Assembly: GCA_030390025.1 (NCBI GenBank)
Contig: CM059432.1
Coordinates: forward strand, 109,308,001 to 109,372,000
DNA from: Squalus acanthias
Taxonomy: Eukaryota
Length of the DNA stretch: 64,000 nt
Direction of reading: 5' to 3'
The stretch's first letter is position 1, and each line of letters starts with the position of its first letter. This document shows, in pieces, positions 52,868-64,000 of this stretch. The notes beneath the pieces were generated by a model. The model was not told the DNA's origin. It worked only from the letters and a program-made list of their open reading frames with translations, and did no database searches. Made by a program: the position numbers and the translations under genes.

Positions 52868-53250
52868 GAAAGAAAGAAAGACTTGCATTTGTCTAGCGCC
52901 TGTCACGACCACCGAACATCCCAAAGTGCTTTACAACCAATGAAGTACTTTTTGAAGTGTATTCACTGTTGTAATGTAGGAATTATAGAATCACAGAATG
53001 ATACAACACCGCAGGAGGCCATTTGACCTGTCCCGACTCTTTGAAAGAGCTATCCAATTAGTCCCACTCCTCTGCCCTTTCCTCATCGCCCTGCAAATTG
53101 GTCCCCCTCAAGTACTTATCCAATTCCCTTTTGAAAGTTCTATTGATTATTATCCACCATTCTTTCAGGTAGTGCTTTCCAGATCATAACAACTCGCTGC
53201 ATAAAAAAAGTTCTCCTCATCTCACCTCTGGTTCTTTTGCCAATTACCCT
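52868..53250 (-). mobile_element. Deu-SINE 3' end (52868-52980) and CR1 3' tail fragment
   Basis: Matches the 3' ends of other copies in the window. Confidence 0.7.
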
Positions 53251-53357
53251 AAATAATAATACTAATGTGTTAATATTAATAATATTATTATTAATAGTAC
53301 ATTGATGTGCAAATGTGTTCGATCTAGAATTTATGGACGGCTGCTTAGCAAGTTCAC

Positions 53358-53450
53358 CATGGCTCAGATAACTCTTGCCTCTGAGTTATGAAGGTTGAGG
53401 GTTCAAGCTCCAAACCAGGATTTGAGCTCATAATCTAGGCTGTAAGATCC
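53358..53450 (+). mobile_element. Deu-SINE head; continues at 61449-61515 and 62575-62620
   Basis: TGGCTCAG...GGTTCAAGCTCC...TTGAGCTCATAATCTAGGC, resuming TAACACTCCAGTGCAGTACTGA. Confidence 0.7.
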
Positions 53451-53599
53451 CAGAGGGACCCTGGTTCCAAATGATTCAAGGTTGACCCGTATTAGGGACA
53501 GTGATTTAACTTTATTCAGCACAGCAATACATTACAGTATTCGAGCAACAGTTTACAGAGAACAATTGAGACTTACATTACCCCGTTATCCTCTGGTTA

Positions 53600-56542
53600 G
53601 AAGCACTGGACGGGTAGATAGTGCTGGAGGCGGAAGTAGTACCACATTAGACAGGAACAGACTAAGAAAGACTACGAAAAATTCAAAAATGGGTTTAGAA
53701 TGCATGTACGTAAACGCACAAAGTGTGGTGAATAAGGTTGGTGAGCTACAAGCACAATTAGCTCTGTGGCAATATGATGTTGTGGCAATAACGGAAACGT
53801 GGCTTAAAAACGGTGAGGACTGGGCACTTAATATTCAAGGGTGCAAGGTGTTCAGAAAAGATAGGGAAGGAAAAAAGGGAGGTGGGGTGGCAGTGCTGAT
53901 TAAGGAAGACATTGTGGTGTTGGAAAGGAAGGATGTTCTTGAAGGGACAAGGACAGAATCCATTTGGTTAGAGTTGAGGAGCAAAAAGGGTATGATCACA
54001 CTATTGGGGGTATCCTACAGGCCTCCAAATAGTGAGAGGGAGGTAGAGGAGAAAATCTGCAGGAAAATCGCAGAGACATGCAAGAGCTATAGAGTGGTGA
54101 TATTGGGGGACTATAATTACCCAAATATCGATTGGGATAATGCTAGGGTAAAGGGAATGAAGGGGGAGGAATTTCTGAAATGTGTTCAGGAGAATTTCCT
54201 TGACCAGTATGTACTTGGCCCAACTAGGAAGGAGGCATTGCTGGATCTGGTGCTGGGGAATGAGGTGGGCCAGGTCGACCAAGTGTCTGTGGGAGAACAC
54301 TTGGGTACGAGTGATCATCGTATCATAAGATTTAGATTAGCAATGGAGAGGAGCAAGGAACAATCTAGAGTGGAACTGCTAAACTGGAATAGGGCTAACT
54401 TCAATGGGATGCGAAAGGATCTAGCCAGGGTAAAATGGAACCAAAGACTGACAGGAAAAACTGTAATGGAACAATGGGTGATCTTTAAGGAGGACTTGTT
54501 CTAAGTACAGGCTAGGTACATTCCAACAAGAGGGAAGCTTAAGGGAACCAAAGCAAGGGCTCTTTGGATGACGAGGGAGATTGAAAAGATGATGAAACAA
54601 AAAGAATGTCAGGTGAATTCTTCAAGGGAGAACCAAACCAAATACAATAAGTTGAGAGGGGAAGTGAAGATGAAAATAAGATTGGCAAAGAGAGAATATG
54701 AGAGTAGATTGGTGGTTAATATAAAAGGGAACCCAAAAATCTTCTGCCAGCACGTAAACAGTAACCGTGTAGTAAGAGGCGGGGTGGGGCCTATTATTAT
54801 AGAAGGTGATATATGCTTAGAGGCGCAGGGCAAGGCTAGAATAGGCAATGAGTGCTTTGTATTGGTGTTTACTAAGGAGGTGGAAGCTGACAAAATATCG
54901 GTAGAAGTGGAAAAGGTAGAAGGGGTGAAAATTGATAGAGAGGATGTACTAGAAAGACTGGGTATGCTTAGAGTGGATAAGTCGCCTGGCCCAGATGGCT
55001 TGCATCCCAGGTTGCTAAGGGAATTGAGGGAGGAGATAGTAGAAGGGCTTGCCATAATTTTCCAATCTTCCCTAGATGTGGGGGAGGTGCTTGAGGATTG
55101 GAAAGTGGCAAATGTGACACCATTGTTCAAGAAAGGGTGTAAGGACAATCCTAGTAACTACAGACTGGTCAGTTTAACATCAGTGGTGGGTAAAGTTTTA
55201 GAAACAATAATCAAGGAAAAAAATTAACGGGCACTTGGAGAGGTTTAAGCTAATTACGGAGAGCCAACACAGATTTGTAAAAGACAGATCGTGTTTGACT
55301 AATCTAATTTAATTTTTTGATGAAGTAACAGGGGGGATTGATGAAGGGAATGCAATGGATGTTGTCTCCATGGATTTTAGGAAGGCGTTTGACAAAGTAC
55401 CATATAGAAGGCGGGTTAACAAAATTGAGGCTCATGGAATAGGTGGGTCAGTGGCAGCTTGGACAAGGAATCGGCTTAAGGACAGAAAACAGCGAGTTGT
55501 GGTAAATGGCTGTTTTTCAGACTGGAGGATTGTAGACAGTGGTGTTCCCCAAGGTTCAGTGCTGGGGCCACTGCTTTTTTGATATATATAAATGACCTGG
55601 ATATTGGAATACAGAGTAGAATTTCTAAATTTGCCGATGACACCAAACTTGGGGGTGTGGCAAACTGTGAGGATGATACTAATCGACTGCAACAGGACAT
55701 AGAAAGGCTAGCAGAATGGGCAGACAAGTGGCAGATGGAATTTAATACAGAGAAGTGTGAGGTGATGCATTTTGGCAGAAGGAACAGGGAGAGGCAATAT
55801 ACACTTAATGGCACAGTTTTAAAGAGTGTGCAGGGACAGAGGGACCTGGGAGTTAATGTGCATAGGTCCCTGAAGGTGGCGGGACATATTGAGAGAGTGG
55901 TTAGCAAAGCATATGGGATCTTGGGCTTCATAAATAGAGGTATTGATTACAAAAGTAGAGAAGTTATGCTGAACCTTTATAAAGCGCAGGTAAGGCCACA
56001 ACTGGAGTATTGCGTCCAGTTCTGGTCACCACACTTTAGGAAGGATGTGAAGGCACTTGAGAGGGTGCAGAGGAGATTTTCCAGAATGGTTCCGGGGATG
56101 GGGGATCTTAGCTACAAGGACAGGTTGGAGAAGCTGGATTTGTTTTCATTAGAGCAAAGGAGGTTGAGGGGTGATTTGATAGAGGTGTACAAGTTTATGA
56201 TGGGTTTGGATAGGCTAGATGGGGAAAGGCTGTTCCCACTAGATGATGGTACAAGGACTAGGGGACACAGATTTAAAGTTTTGGGCAAGAGATACAGGGG
56301 GATGTGAGGGAAAACTTTTTTACGCAGCGAGTGGTGAGGACCTGGAACTCGCTGCCGATGGAAGTGGTGGAAGCGGAGACACTCAATGTTTTCAAGGGGA
56401 GACTGGATAGGCACTTGAGGGAAATAAACTTGCAGGGCTACGGGGATAGAGCGGGGGAATGGGACTGACTGGATTGCTCTACAGAGAGCTGGCATGGACT
56501 CAATGGGCCGAATGGTCTCCTTCTGTGCCGTTATGGCTCTAT
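53600..56542 (+). mobile_element. CR1 LINE with near-complete but disrupted ORF2; tail continues at 60705-60724
   Basis: APE (YVNAQS, AITETWL, GDYN, TSDH) and RT ([14 protein letters not shown]) in four ORF pieces with stops and frameshifts. Confidence 0.95.
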
Positions 56543-57053
56543 GGGGGAAAAATTCAGTTGTTTGCGTCTCCCGTTAGCGCCTTAAGAGGGCGCTAATGGG
56601 GCGCAAAGCCGCTAGCGCCCGGGCGCAGCGATGTTTGCGCCGCTCGGGAACTTAACTAGACATTGTGCGGCGGCGCTAAACTTTACCGCCGCGACCACCT
56701 GCGCGCGCAGATTGTGACGTCATTCCATGGTGCAACGCCCTTGTGGCGCCCCGGAGCGGAAATTGAGTGGCGCCCCCTGCCTTACCGCCTGGTGCATCCA
56801 ACGACCGGAAGACTGGAACGCTATCAATCGCTGTGGGGCTGGGGGGGGCGCTATTTAAAGGGGGCCTCTTCCTGTCTTTTTCTGTGGTTGACATTTTTGC
56901 ACCACTTGTTCTGAGAGAGAGAGAGAGATTCGGAGAGAGAGAAAGAGAGACTTCTGCATTGAGTCAACGCTTTGTGAGGTAGTTTTGCCTACTGATCCTA
57001 ACTTCGCTGGTACTTTGGTTGCTGTCCTTCATAACTTTGCTTGCAAAGAGACT

Positions 57054-58214
57054 ATGGGGGCTGCACTGAATGGGGGTGTCGTCCTGCTCCAGCTGAATCG
57101 GAGGACACAGAGACGCAGAGAGAGAGTGGCAATGATGGCCAGACAGAGGAGGGCCAACAGGCATATGTACAGGAGAGCTTACCCTCCCAGGGTATATCGT
57201 GAACAGCTCTCCTACATTCATTTGTCTGAGGAGCTGTGTTTGCGAAGGCTGCGATTCAGCAAGGAGGTGGTCACTGAGCTCTGCCACCTGCTGCAGCCAG
57301 ATCTGCAGCCTCAACTGAGGTCCAGGACGTCTCTATCGGTGGCAGTGAAGGTCACAGTGGCTCTCAACTTCTATGCTACTGGCTCATTTCAAGCTGCTGC
57401 TGGGGACCTCGCCAATATCTCCCAGTTCGCGCTGCATTGCTGCATCCGGCAGGTCACAAATGCCCTCTTTAAAAGGAGACGAGAGTTCATCTCTTTCCCC
57501 ATGACCCTAGACAAGCAGCGTGACCGCGCTCTGGGCTTTGCGAGGATAGCGGGCTTCCCCATGGTGCAGGGCGCCATTGACTGCACGCATGTGGCTTTGC
57601 GTGCTCCACATGAGAATGCTGAGGATTTCCGGAACAGAAAGGGTTTCCATTCCTTGAATGTTCAGTTGGTCTGTGACCACAGACAGCTGATACTCGCTGT
57701 CAATGCCCACTATCCTGGCAGCTGCCACGATGCTTTCATCCTGCGCCAGACTACTGTGGCAGAACTTTTCGAGGCACCGCATCAGCCAGTTGGTTGGCTT
57801 CTCGGGGACAAGGGGTATCCATTGAGCACCTGGCTGATGACACCGCTCCGTACGCCCAACACCCCTGCTGAGCTGCGGTACAACGAGAGCCATCAAGCTA
57901 CCAGGAACATCATTGAGCGCACAATCGGCGTGCTGAAGCAACGGTTCCGCTGTCTCAACCATTCTGGAGGAGCCCTGCAGTACTCGCCTGAGCGAGTATC
58001 CAACTTCGTAGTTGTGTGCTGCATGTTGCATAACATGGCAATCGTCAGGACCCAGCCAATGCCACCAGGCCTTGGAGCACCACCAGAGGAGGAGGAGGAA
58101 GAGGAGGAAGAGGACGAGGAGGATGATCATCAGCAGCACCAAGGCGGGAGGGCGGCCCACAATGGTGAAACTGCAAGGGCCGTCCGTCAACGGCTGATAG
58201 CAAGCCGCTTCTAG
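57054..58214 (+). CDS. Harbinger DDE transposase (HARBI1-like), 386 aa from first ATG
   Basis: Uninterrupted ORF with [50 protein letters not shown] and an acidic tail. Confidence 0.95.
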   Translation: MGAALNGGVVLLQLNRRTQRRRERVAMMARQRRANRHMYRRAYPPRVYREQLSYIHLSEELCLRRLRFSKEVVTELCHLLQPDLQPQLRSRTSLSVAVKVTVALNFYATGSFQAAAGDLANISQFALHCCIRQVTNALFKRRREFISFPMTLDKQRDRALGFARIAGFPMVQGAIDCTHVALRAPHENAEDFRNRKGFHSLNVQLVCDHRQLILAVNAHYPGSCHDAFILRQTTVAELFEAPHQPVGWLLGDKGYPLSTWLMTPLRTPNTPAELRYNESHQATRNIIERTIGVLKQRFRCLNHSGGALQYSPERVSNFVVVCCMLHNMAIVRTQPMPPGLGAPPEEEEEEEEEDEEDDHQQHQGGRAAHNGETARAVRQRLIASRF

Positions 58215-58339
58215 GGCCCCGGCTGTGGAAATGGCTTCTGCCATTGCTAACAACATCAATGAACCCAGCACGCAACCCCTAAACTGGCCAAGGCACCAAT
58301 GATTCCAAACACCAAACATGTATATTTTGAATACAAAAA

Positions 58340-58500
58340 CTTATTTATTTTACAAACTCTGTGTGTGTCATTTCCTCATGACAAACTCATAGAAATAAAC
58401 ACAAAAAAACAGTCATTAACATAACTGGTTCTCACAACCTGGAGATAATGTCCAAAACACTAGACAAAAGTTGGACCACGAACCTCGGCCTTTAATAAAA
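58340..58500. terminator. Bidirectional polyadenylation region between the convergent genes
   Basis: AATAAA on + at 58394-99 and 58494-99; AATAAA on - at 58344-49. Confidence 0.6.
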
Positions 58501-58526
58501 AAATGACCAGCATTTTGTCACACCTC

Positions 58527-60346
58527 CTACTTTTTGCCCTTCGAGGGTGATCTCCTTCCCTTGCGCACTTCCCCCCTTCTAACCCTACTGCTCCTCCGTA
58601 ATGGGACCTCAGTGGCTGCAGCAAGGCTGGTGGAAGGCTGCTGATTGTCAGACCCTGACACTGCAGATGCCCCTGAAAGACGACCTCGACCAGTTCTGGG
58701 CCTGGAGGGCCCGGCTGCAGACTGCACCAACTCTGCATGGGTGGCAGCAGTCTGTCCTACAGGCGGTGGCAAGTGCAGTGGAGAAGTGACAGTGTTGGCA
58801 GCAGGAATGCTGTCATCGTGAGAGAGGACAGCAACTCCCTGCTCGACCGACACACTGGCACTCCCACGGGGCAGCACTTCAGCATCCGGAGCAATCTGCT
58901 GGAGCACAGATTGCTGGCCTGCTGCGGCGCGGTGAGAGCCCCGGGGACATGTGAACGAACCATCAAGGTTGGCAGCAGTCAGTGCTCGCGTGGCCTCAAC
59001 CTGAGTCTGCATGAGAGCAGTCAGAGATGGGATCACGGCAGTCAGTGACTGAATTGCAGCACTAAGCTTTAGTGTGGCATCCGCCTGTGCTACAGCGAAG
59101 TGCTCCACACTCCTTGCCAGTGACTCAATGCATTCGGGCACCCTTCCCACTGCACCCATGAGCTCAGTGTGCATGCCCACCGCCTGGGTGTTCATTTCTG
59201 CGATCAGCCACTCCTCCTCTGCGTCCATTGCAGTAGGAGTCGCTGGCATACTCTCCCTCTGGGGAGAAGGCCCTCGTTCTTCCCTACCCCCATGGCGTTG
59301 CTGCAGCCCGCTGGGTCCTGGAGCTTCACCCTCATCAGACCCTTCCCCCCTGCTCCCCTCCGGGGAAGGCGTGTTCCCAGTGTGGGCATGGGCTTCCTCG
59401 GGAGAGGGTGGCACTGATGCTCCGGCTTCCTCTTCCTCCTCGGCTGCAGCTTCACTCCCACTGGCAGCTTCAGGGCCCGTCTCCTCAGCTGGTGAATCAC
59501 CATCTGAAAGCAGGGAGGTACAAGAGTGGCTTTAGCGTGAGGACAGGGTGGCAGTAAGGGAGGAATAAGTGCAGCGAGTTAGCAAGTTGGATTGAAAGTG
59601 TCAAAGGTTGGTGTTGTGAGGGACAAGTGGAAGGACAGAGGACAAAAAGGTGATGACCTTACCATTGCTGTCCAGAACGGGGTCGGCGTCTCCAGTGGCG
59701 ACGGGACCGATCACCCGGCTTGCCACAATCCTGTGGACGCGCTCCTCAAGATCGCTGAGGGGTTGCAGCTGAGGCCGCCCTCCACCTGTCCGTTGCTGCT
59801 GTCTCCTATTATGCACCAGCTTGGCCTGCAAGAAAAAGGACAGCATCTGAGTAAATATACAGCCATGGTCTTGCCTGATGTGCCTCCCATAGGTGAATAG
59901 CCCTTACTGTATGCAGCCATGGTCTTGCCTGATGTGCCTCCCATAGGTGAATAGCCCTTACTGTATGCAAAGTGTGGAATGTGTGTGTGTGTTTCATGAA
60001 AGGGCCATAGGTGTTGGATGAGTGTTGTGCATTGGGGTTTTAAGACCCTCTGGCCATAGAGTGAGGTTGAGATGGAGGGATGGAGAGGTATTGAGAAAAA
60101 GCCACTCACCCTGACGACCCGAGTGAGGTCGTTGAACTTTTTGCGGCATTGAACATGGGTCCTGGGCACCATGCTCCTGGAGGAGACGCTGTGAGCCACC
60201 TCCCTCCACACTCTTCTGTACTCGCGTGGCAAAGGCCTCCTGCCACTCTCAGGGAAGAGTATAGATCTTCTGCGCTCCACCGCGCCAACCAGAGCATCCA
60301 AGGCCCGCTCGGTGAAGCGCTGAGCTCGTTCTCTCACCCTCTCCAT
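58527..60346 (-). CDS. Myb/SANT-like (trihelix) DNA-binding partner protein, 458 aa, exons 60346-60110, 59825-59663, 59503-58527
   Basis: GT-AG introns (AGG|GTGAGT..TTGCAG|GCC phase 0; AATG|GTAAG..TTTCAG|AT phase 1) give one open frame; motifs RFTERALDALV, WREVA, RTHVQCRKKFNDL, RTGGG; basic C-terminus. Confidence 0.9.
59861..59968. repeat. Exact 54-bp tandem duplication in Myb intron 1
   Basis: AGCCATGGTCTTGCC...CTTACTGTATGC twice. Confidence 0.95.
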
Positions 60347-61522
60347 CCTTGGCAGCAAAATGGATTCACAGGTCTCTCTAGGCCGAGATTCAAGGCTGCA
60401 ATGAGCAGGGTGTGGCTGGGGAGCAAGTTGGCCCCCCTGCTTTAAGAACTGGCCGGCGCCAGTGTGTCTGTGTTCCCTCGCTAACTGGCAGCACCTGCGC
60501 TGTGCTCGCGCGCTGAGTTAGCACCTCACTGCTCGGCCTTTGCGCCTTAAGACAGGTGTGCAGCGCTTGATTTAGCGCTCCACTCACCTCCCAGGGCGGT
60601 AAAAGTGAAGTTTCCAGTCAGTGGCGATAATTAGCGCCAGGCGCTAATTTTTGCGTCCAGACGATATTTGCGCCCCAAACGGGGCGCGACCTAATTTTTC
60701 CCCCTATGACTCTATGACTATGACAACCATGAGTAAGCTACACCCTGTGTCTCTTGTCTTTCGTCTCTCTTTGTCTCCCGGGTGTCTCATTGATTCTTCC
60801 TTAAGTCTTCTAATTTTGTGGCTGTTGAGACCCTTCTTATACCCTTACTCTCATTCAAAATCTATGTAGTCTTACTGAACCAATCACTGGTTTACACCCA
60901 AAATCCAATCATAAATATGCCTTGGCTTATGCAGGTTCTAGTCTTACGACCCCCTGACATCATCTGTTTTTGACCATCAAGACTCATATCTGGGATAGTT
61001 ATGGCAACACAAAAGAACATGCCTCCAAACTGTAGAGATATTGATGGTCCTGTGAGAAGCCTATTTTTTAGCTCACTGCCAGATATCATGATATTCCAAC
61101 ACGTTTGCAACTACATCTGACCTTGGTTCTCAGGCTAGCTGCACTCTTCATCCTTACTGTTGGATAATATCCAACTTTCGTTAATTCACCCAACAGCTTC
61201 CCTATTCAACTACATCAGTCCATTTTCTCACCCCAAGCTGTCTGGGTTACAGCTTATTCACAGACTTTTAATTATAAGTAAAAGGGTTACATGTAATATA
61301 TAATTCAGGTTATCATTGCATACAATTGATGATTACAGACTTCTATATTTAATTCTTTCACACAATTATAAATCCATTACTGAAGATTATATCACTAAAG
61401 ATAGAAAACAAATATTCTAAAAACCAAATAATCCATGATAATCTTACAAGGCTAACACTCCAGTGCAGTACTGAACAAGTTCTGCCCTGTCAGCAGCCTA
61501 GTCCTTTGGATCAGAAATAATC

Positions 61523-62572
61523 TCTTTTTTTTAATTATTCATTCGCGGGATGTGGGCGTCACTGGCAAGGCCAGCATTTATTGCCCATCCATAGTTGCCC
61601 TTGAGAAGGTGATGGTGAGCTGCCTTCTTGAACAGCTGCACTCCATATGGTAAAGGTACTCCCACAGTGCTGTTAGGGAGGAAGTTCCAGGACTTTGACC
61701 CAACAACGATGAAGGGACAGCGATATATTTTCAAGTCAGGATAGTGTGTGACTTGGAGGGGAACTTGGAGATGGTGGTGTTCCCATGCACCTGCTGCCCT
61801 TGTCCTTCCAGGTGGTAGAGGTCGGGGGTTTGGGAAGTGTTGTCGAAGAAGCCTTGGAGAGTCGCTGCAGTGCATCTTGTAGATGGTACACACTGCAGCC
61901 ACGATGCGCCAATGGTGGTGGGAGTGATTGTATAAGGTAGCGGATGGGGTGGGAATCAAGCGGACTGCTTTGTCTTGGATGGTGTCGAGCTTCTTGAGTG
62001 TAGTTGGAGCTGCACTCATCCAGACAAGTGAAGAGTATTTCATCATATTCCTGACTTGTGCCTTGTAGATGGTGAAAAGGCTTTGGGGAGTCAGGAGGTG
62101 AGTCACTCACCACAGAATACCCAGCCTCTGACCTATTCTTGTAGCCACAATATTTATGTGGTTGGTCCAGTTAAGTTTCTGGTCAATGGTGACTCCAGGA
62201 TGTTGATGGTGGGGGATTTGATGATGGTAATATAATTCAATGTCAAGGGGAGGTGATTAGACTTTCTCTTGTTGGAGATAGTCATTGCCTGGCACTTGTG
62301 TGGTGCGAATGTTACTTGCCACTTATCAGCCCAAACCTGAATGTCGTCCAAGTCTTGCTGCATGTGGGCACGGACTGCTTCATTATCTGAAGAATTGCGA
62401 ATGGCACTGAACACTGTGCAATCATCAGCGAACATCCCCACTGCTGACCTTATGATGGAGGGAACATCATTGACGAAGCAGCTGAAGATGGTTGGGCCTA
62501 GGGCACTGCCCTGAGGAACTCCTGCAGCGATGTCCTGGGGCTGAGATGATTGACCAACAACCACAACCATCT
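61523..62572 (-). mobile_element. CR1-Zenon-like LINE, 5'-truncated 3' kilobase
   Basis: GVPQGSALGP, FADD, same 3' end as the other copies. Confidence 0.9.
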
Positions 62573-62859
62573 GGTACTAGTTGGCGAAGAGCAGGGAGAT
62601 CTCCCAATATCCTGGCCAACTAATGTTTGACTAGTTTAGCAGTAATTTGATGCCAAAGGCTGAGTTCCTCCGCATTAGTAAGTTGCAACCTGGGTGGGGA
62701 AAGAAGCAACAGAACAATGGGAACCTGGGCGAAGAAAAAGGGGCAAAACCTTCAAACACAAGTGGACAGAACCTCAGCAACTCAGAGCATGAAGTACTAT
62801 ATAAAACACTTATGAAAATGAAGGGATGTGGCATTAAAGAGAATATAACTGACAGCTAG

Positions 62860-64000
62860 GGGACACAAAGGAACAATTAGGGATGAATGGATGTTTCTCG
62901 GATTAGTAGGAGGTGGATCGTGATGTGTCCCAGAAATTGGTGCTCAGGTCTCTTTTCATGTTCCATTTATATAAATGATTTTGATATAGACACAAGTCGA
63001 ATGATATATAAGTTTGCTGATACCAAATTCGGGTTTTGAGGAAGCCTGCAGGAGGACATAGGTTAGCAGATTGAGCAGCTAGCTAGCAGATGCAGTTTGT
63101 AAGTAAACTATGGGCATTCTGCACATGTTTATAGGAATGCTAGTCATCCTGAGAAAGCTAAGAGTTAGCATTTGCTTGTTGGGAAATCTTATACACAGAC
63201 GAAGGATTCATACATCCTAGTATCACTAGGTGTTTCCAATTAAGACTGATGTCAACTTCAACTAGAGTCTGAGCAAAACAGCTAACCAATAGACTGACAG
63301 GTAAGACTTGAGAAGCACCTTGAGCAACCCAATATCAGATGCCTCCCTTACTATGATTTCGGCCTTGGAGAAACAAAAAGGGGTGGAACACTGAATTGGA
63401 GTCCTACCCTCCTTCAAACTCATTAAAATCTGGCAATTACTATTTTTGACACTAGAATGTCCCATTGAATGACACCTTGGAGAGATCAATATAATTGAAT
63501 TGATCATCTTGGTTGGTCACATCTCAAAAAGCTGCCAGTTAGTTTAATATTTTCTTGAGTTTCGGGTTATTGGTTTTTAGTATAAGTCCAATGGATCAGC
63601 CTTTTTGTTTGACTTGATTTTATAGTGTAATCACCTCAACAAAATTACTCCAGTGGCAAATTAAAGTTGTTTATAATCACACTTAGCTAACTGTTGTGCC
63701 TAATTTATAGAGGGAGACTTTAGAGGAAGGGAAGGTGACAAATGCTGATGCACAAAGCAGAATATCCATTAGAACTGGCGAAGTCCTCCCTGCGGTGTAT
63801 ATATTGAAGAGGGTGCGGAGAGGAGCAACAAGAATGATCCCGAGTGTAAGGGGCATAGGCGAAGAGCAAAGATTGGAGAAGCTCGAAGTCTATAGTCTAG
63901 AGGGAAGGGATGCCTCATTGAAATGTACAAATTAAAACTGGTATAGTCAACGGACCACTTCCATCAGGCAGGAGGTAGGCAGAGTGAGCCCCACTGCCTG
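62860..64000 (+). mobile_element. Old decayed CR1 fragments (62860-63097, ~63790-64000)
   Basis: Degraded GCFSD/VSQ/KFAD-type motifs; KRVRRGATRMIP...RLEKLEVYSLE. Confidence 0.6.

Larger units (their letters stand above)
56543..60704 (+). mobile_element. Complete PIF/Harbinger DNA transposon, 4162 bp
   Basis: Perfect 12-bp TIR GGGGGAAAAATT / AATTTTTCCCCC, TSD TAT (56540-42, 60705-07), two convergent open genes. Confidence 0.96.
53451..61448 (-). mobile_element. Solo LTR (pieces 53451-~53600 and ~60725-61448) expanded by nested CR1 and Harbinger insertions
   Basis: 8-bp inverted termini TGTAAGAT / ATCTTACA, exact TSD AGGC (53447-50, 61449-52), minus-strand AATAAA ~53512. Confidence 0.8.

Noticed and set aside
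53482..56307. Functional CR1 ORF2
   Set aside because: Multiple stops and frameshifts (54502, 55225, ~55580), and no ORF1.
56985..58214. Domesticated HARBI1/NAIF1 host genes
   Set aside because: TIRs, TSD and insertion into a CR1 tail show a transposon; the ORF-track start at 56985 is non-ATG, first ATG is 57054.
57507..58319. 270-aa antisense ORF
   Set aside because: Shadow of the GC-rich transposase gene, no recognisable motifs.
59711..60109. Continuation of the 215-aa ORF past the Myb domain
   Set aside because: Read-through of intron 1, including the 54-bp duplication; consensus splice sites give a better product.
63098..63700. Another solo LTR starting TGTAAG inside decayed CR1
   Set aside because: No matching CA terminus with a TSD could be identified.

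Overview
Vertebrate nuclear DNA, almost certainly a cartilaginous fish (HE1-like V-SINE, Deu-domain SINEs, abundant CR1). The only host gene is the terminal coding exon of POU6F2 (RPF-1) at 26118-26622 (+), with both alternative acceptors and a probable ~4 kb 3'UTR. The rest is repeat: a 6.7 kb 32-bp tandem array with a 1440-bp higher-order duplication; a deleted SnRV/spuma-like provirus (14622-22738, minus; paired LTRs, tRNA-Leu PBS, PPT, 4-bp TSD) with an unexplained accessory ORF and two tandem paralogous membrane anchors; four solo LTRs; CR1, CR1-Zenon-like and L2 LINE pieces; a Penelope-like fragment carrying a minimal hammerhead ribozyme; and several PIF/Harbinger elements. The most notable element is an apparently intact 4162-bp two-gene Harbinger transposon (56543-60704) with an open DDE transposase, a convergent three-exon Myb/SANT gene, 12-bp TIRs and a TAT TSD, accompanied by a related MITE. 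All calls come from manual reading; no database search was run.
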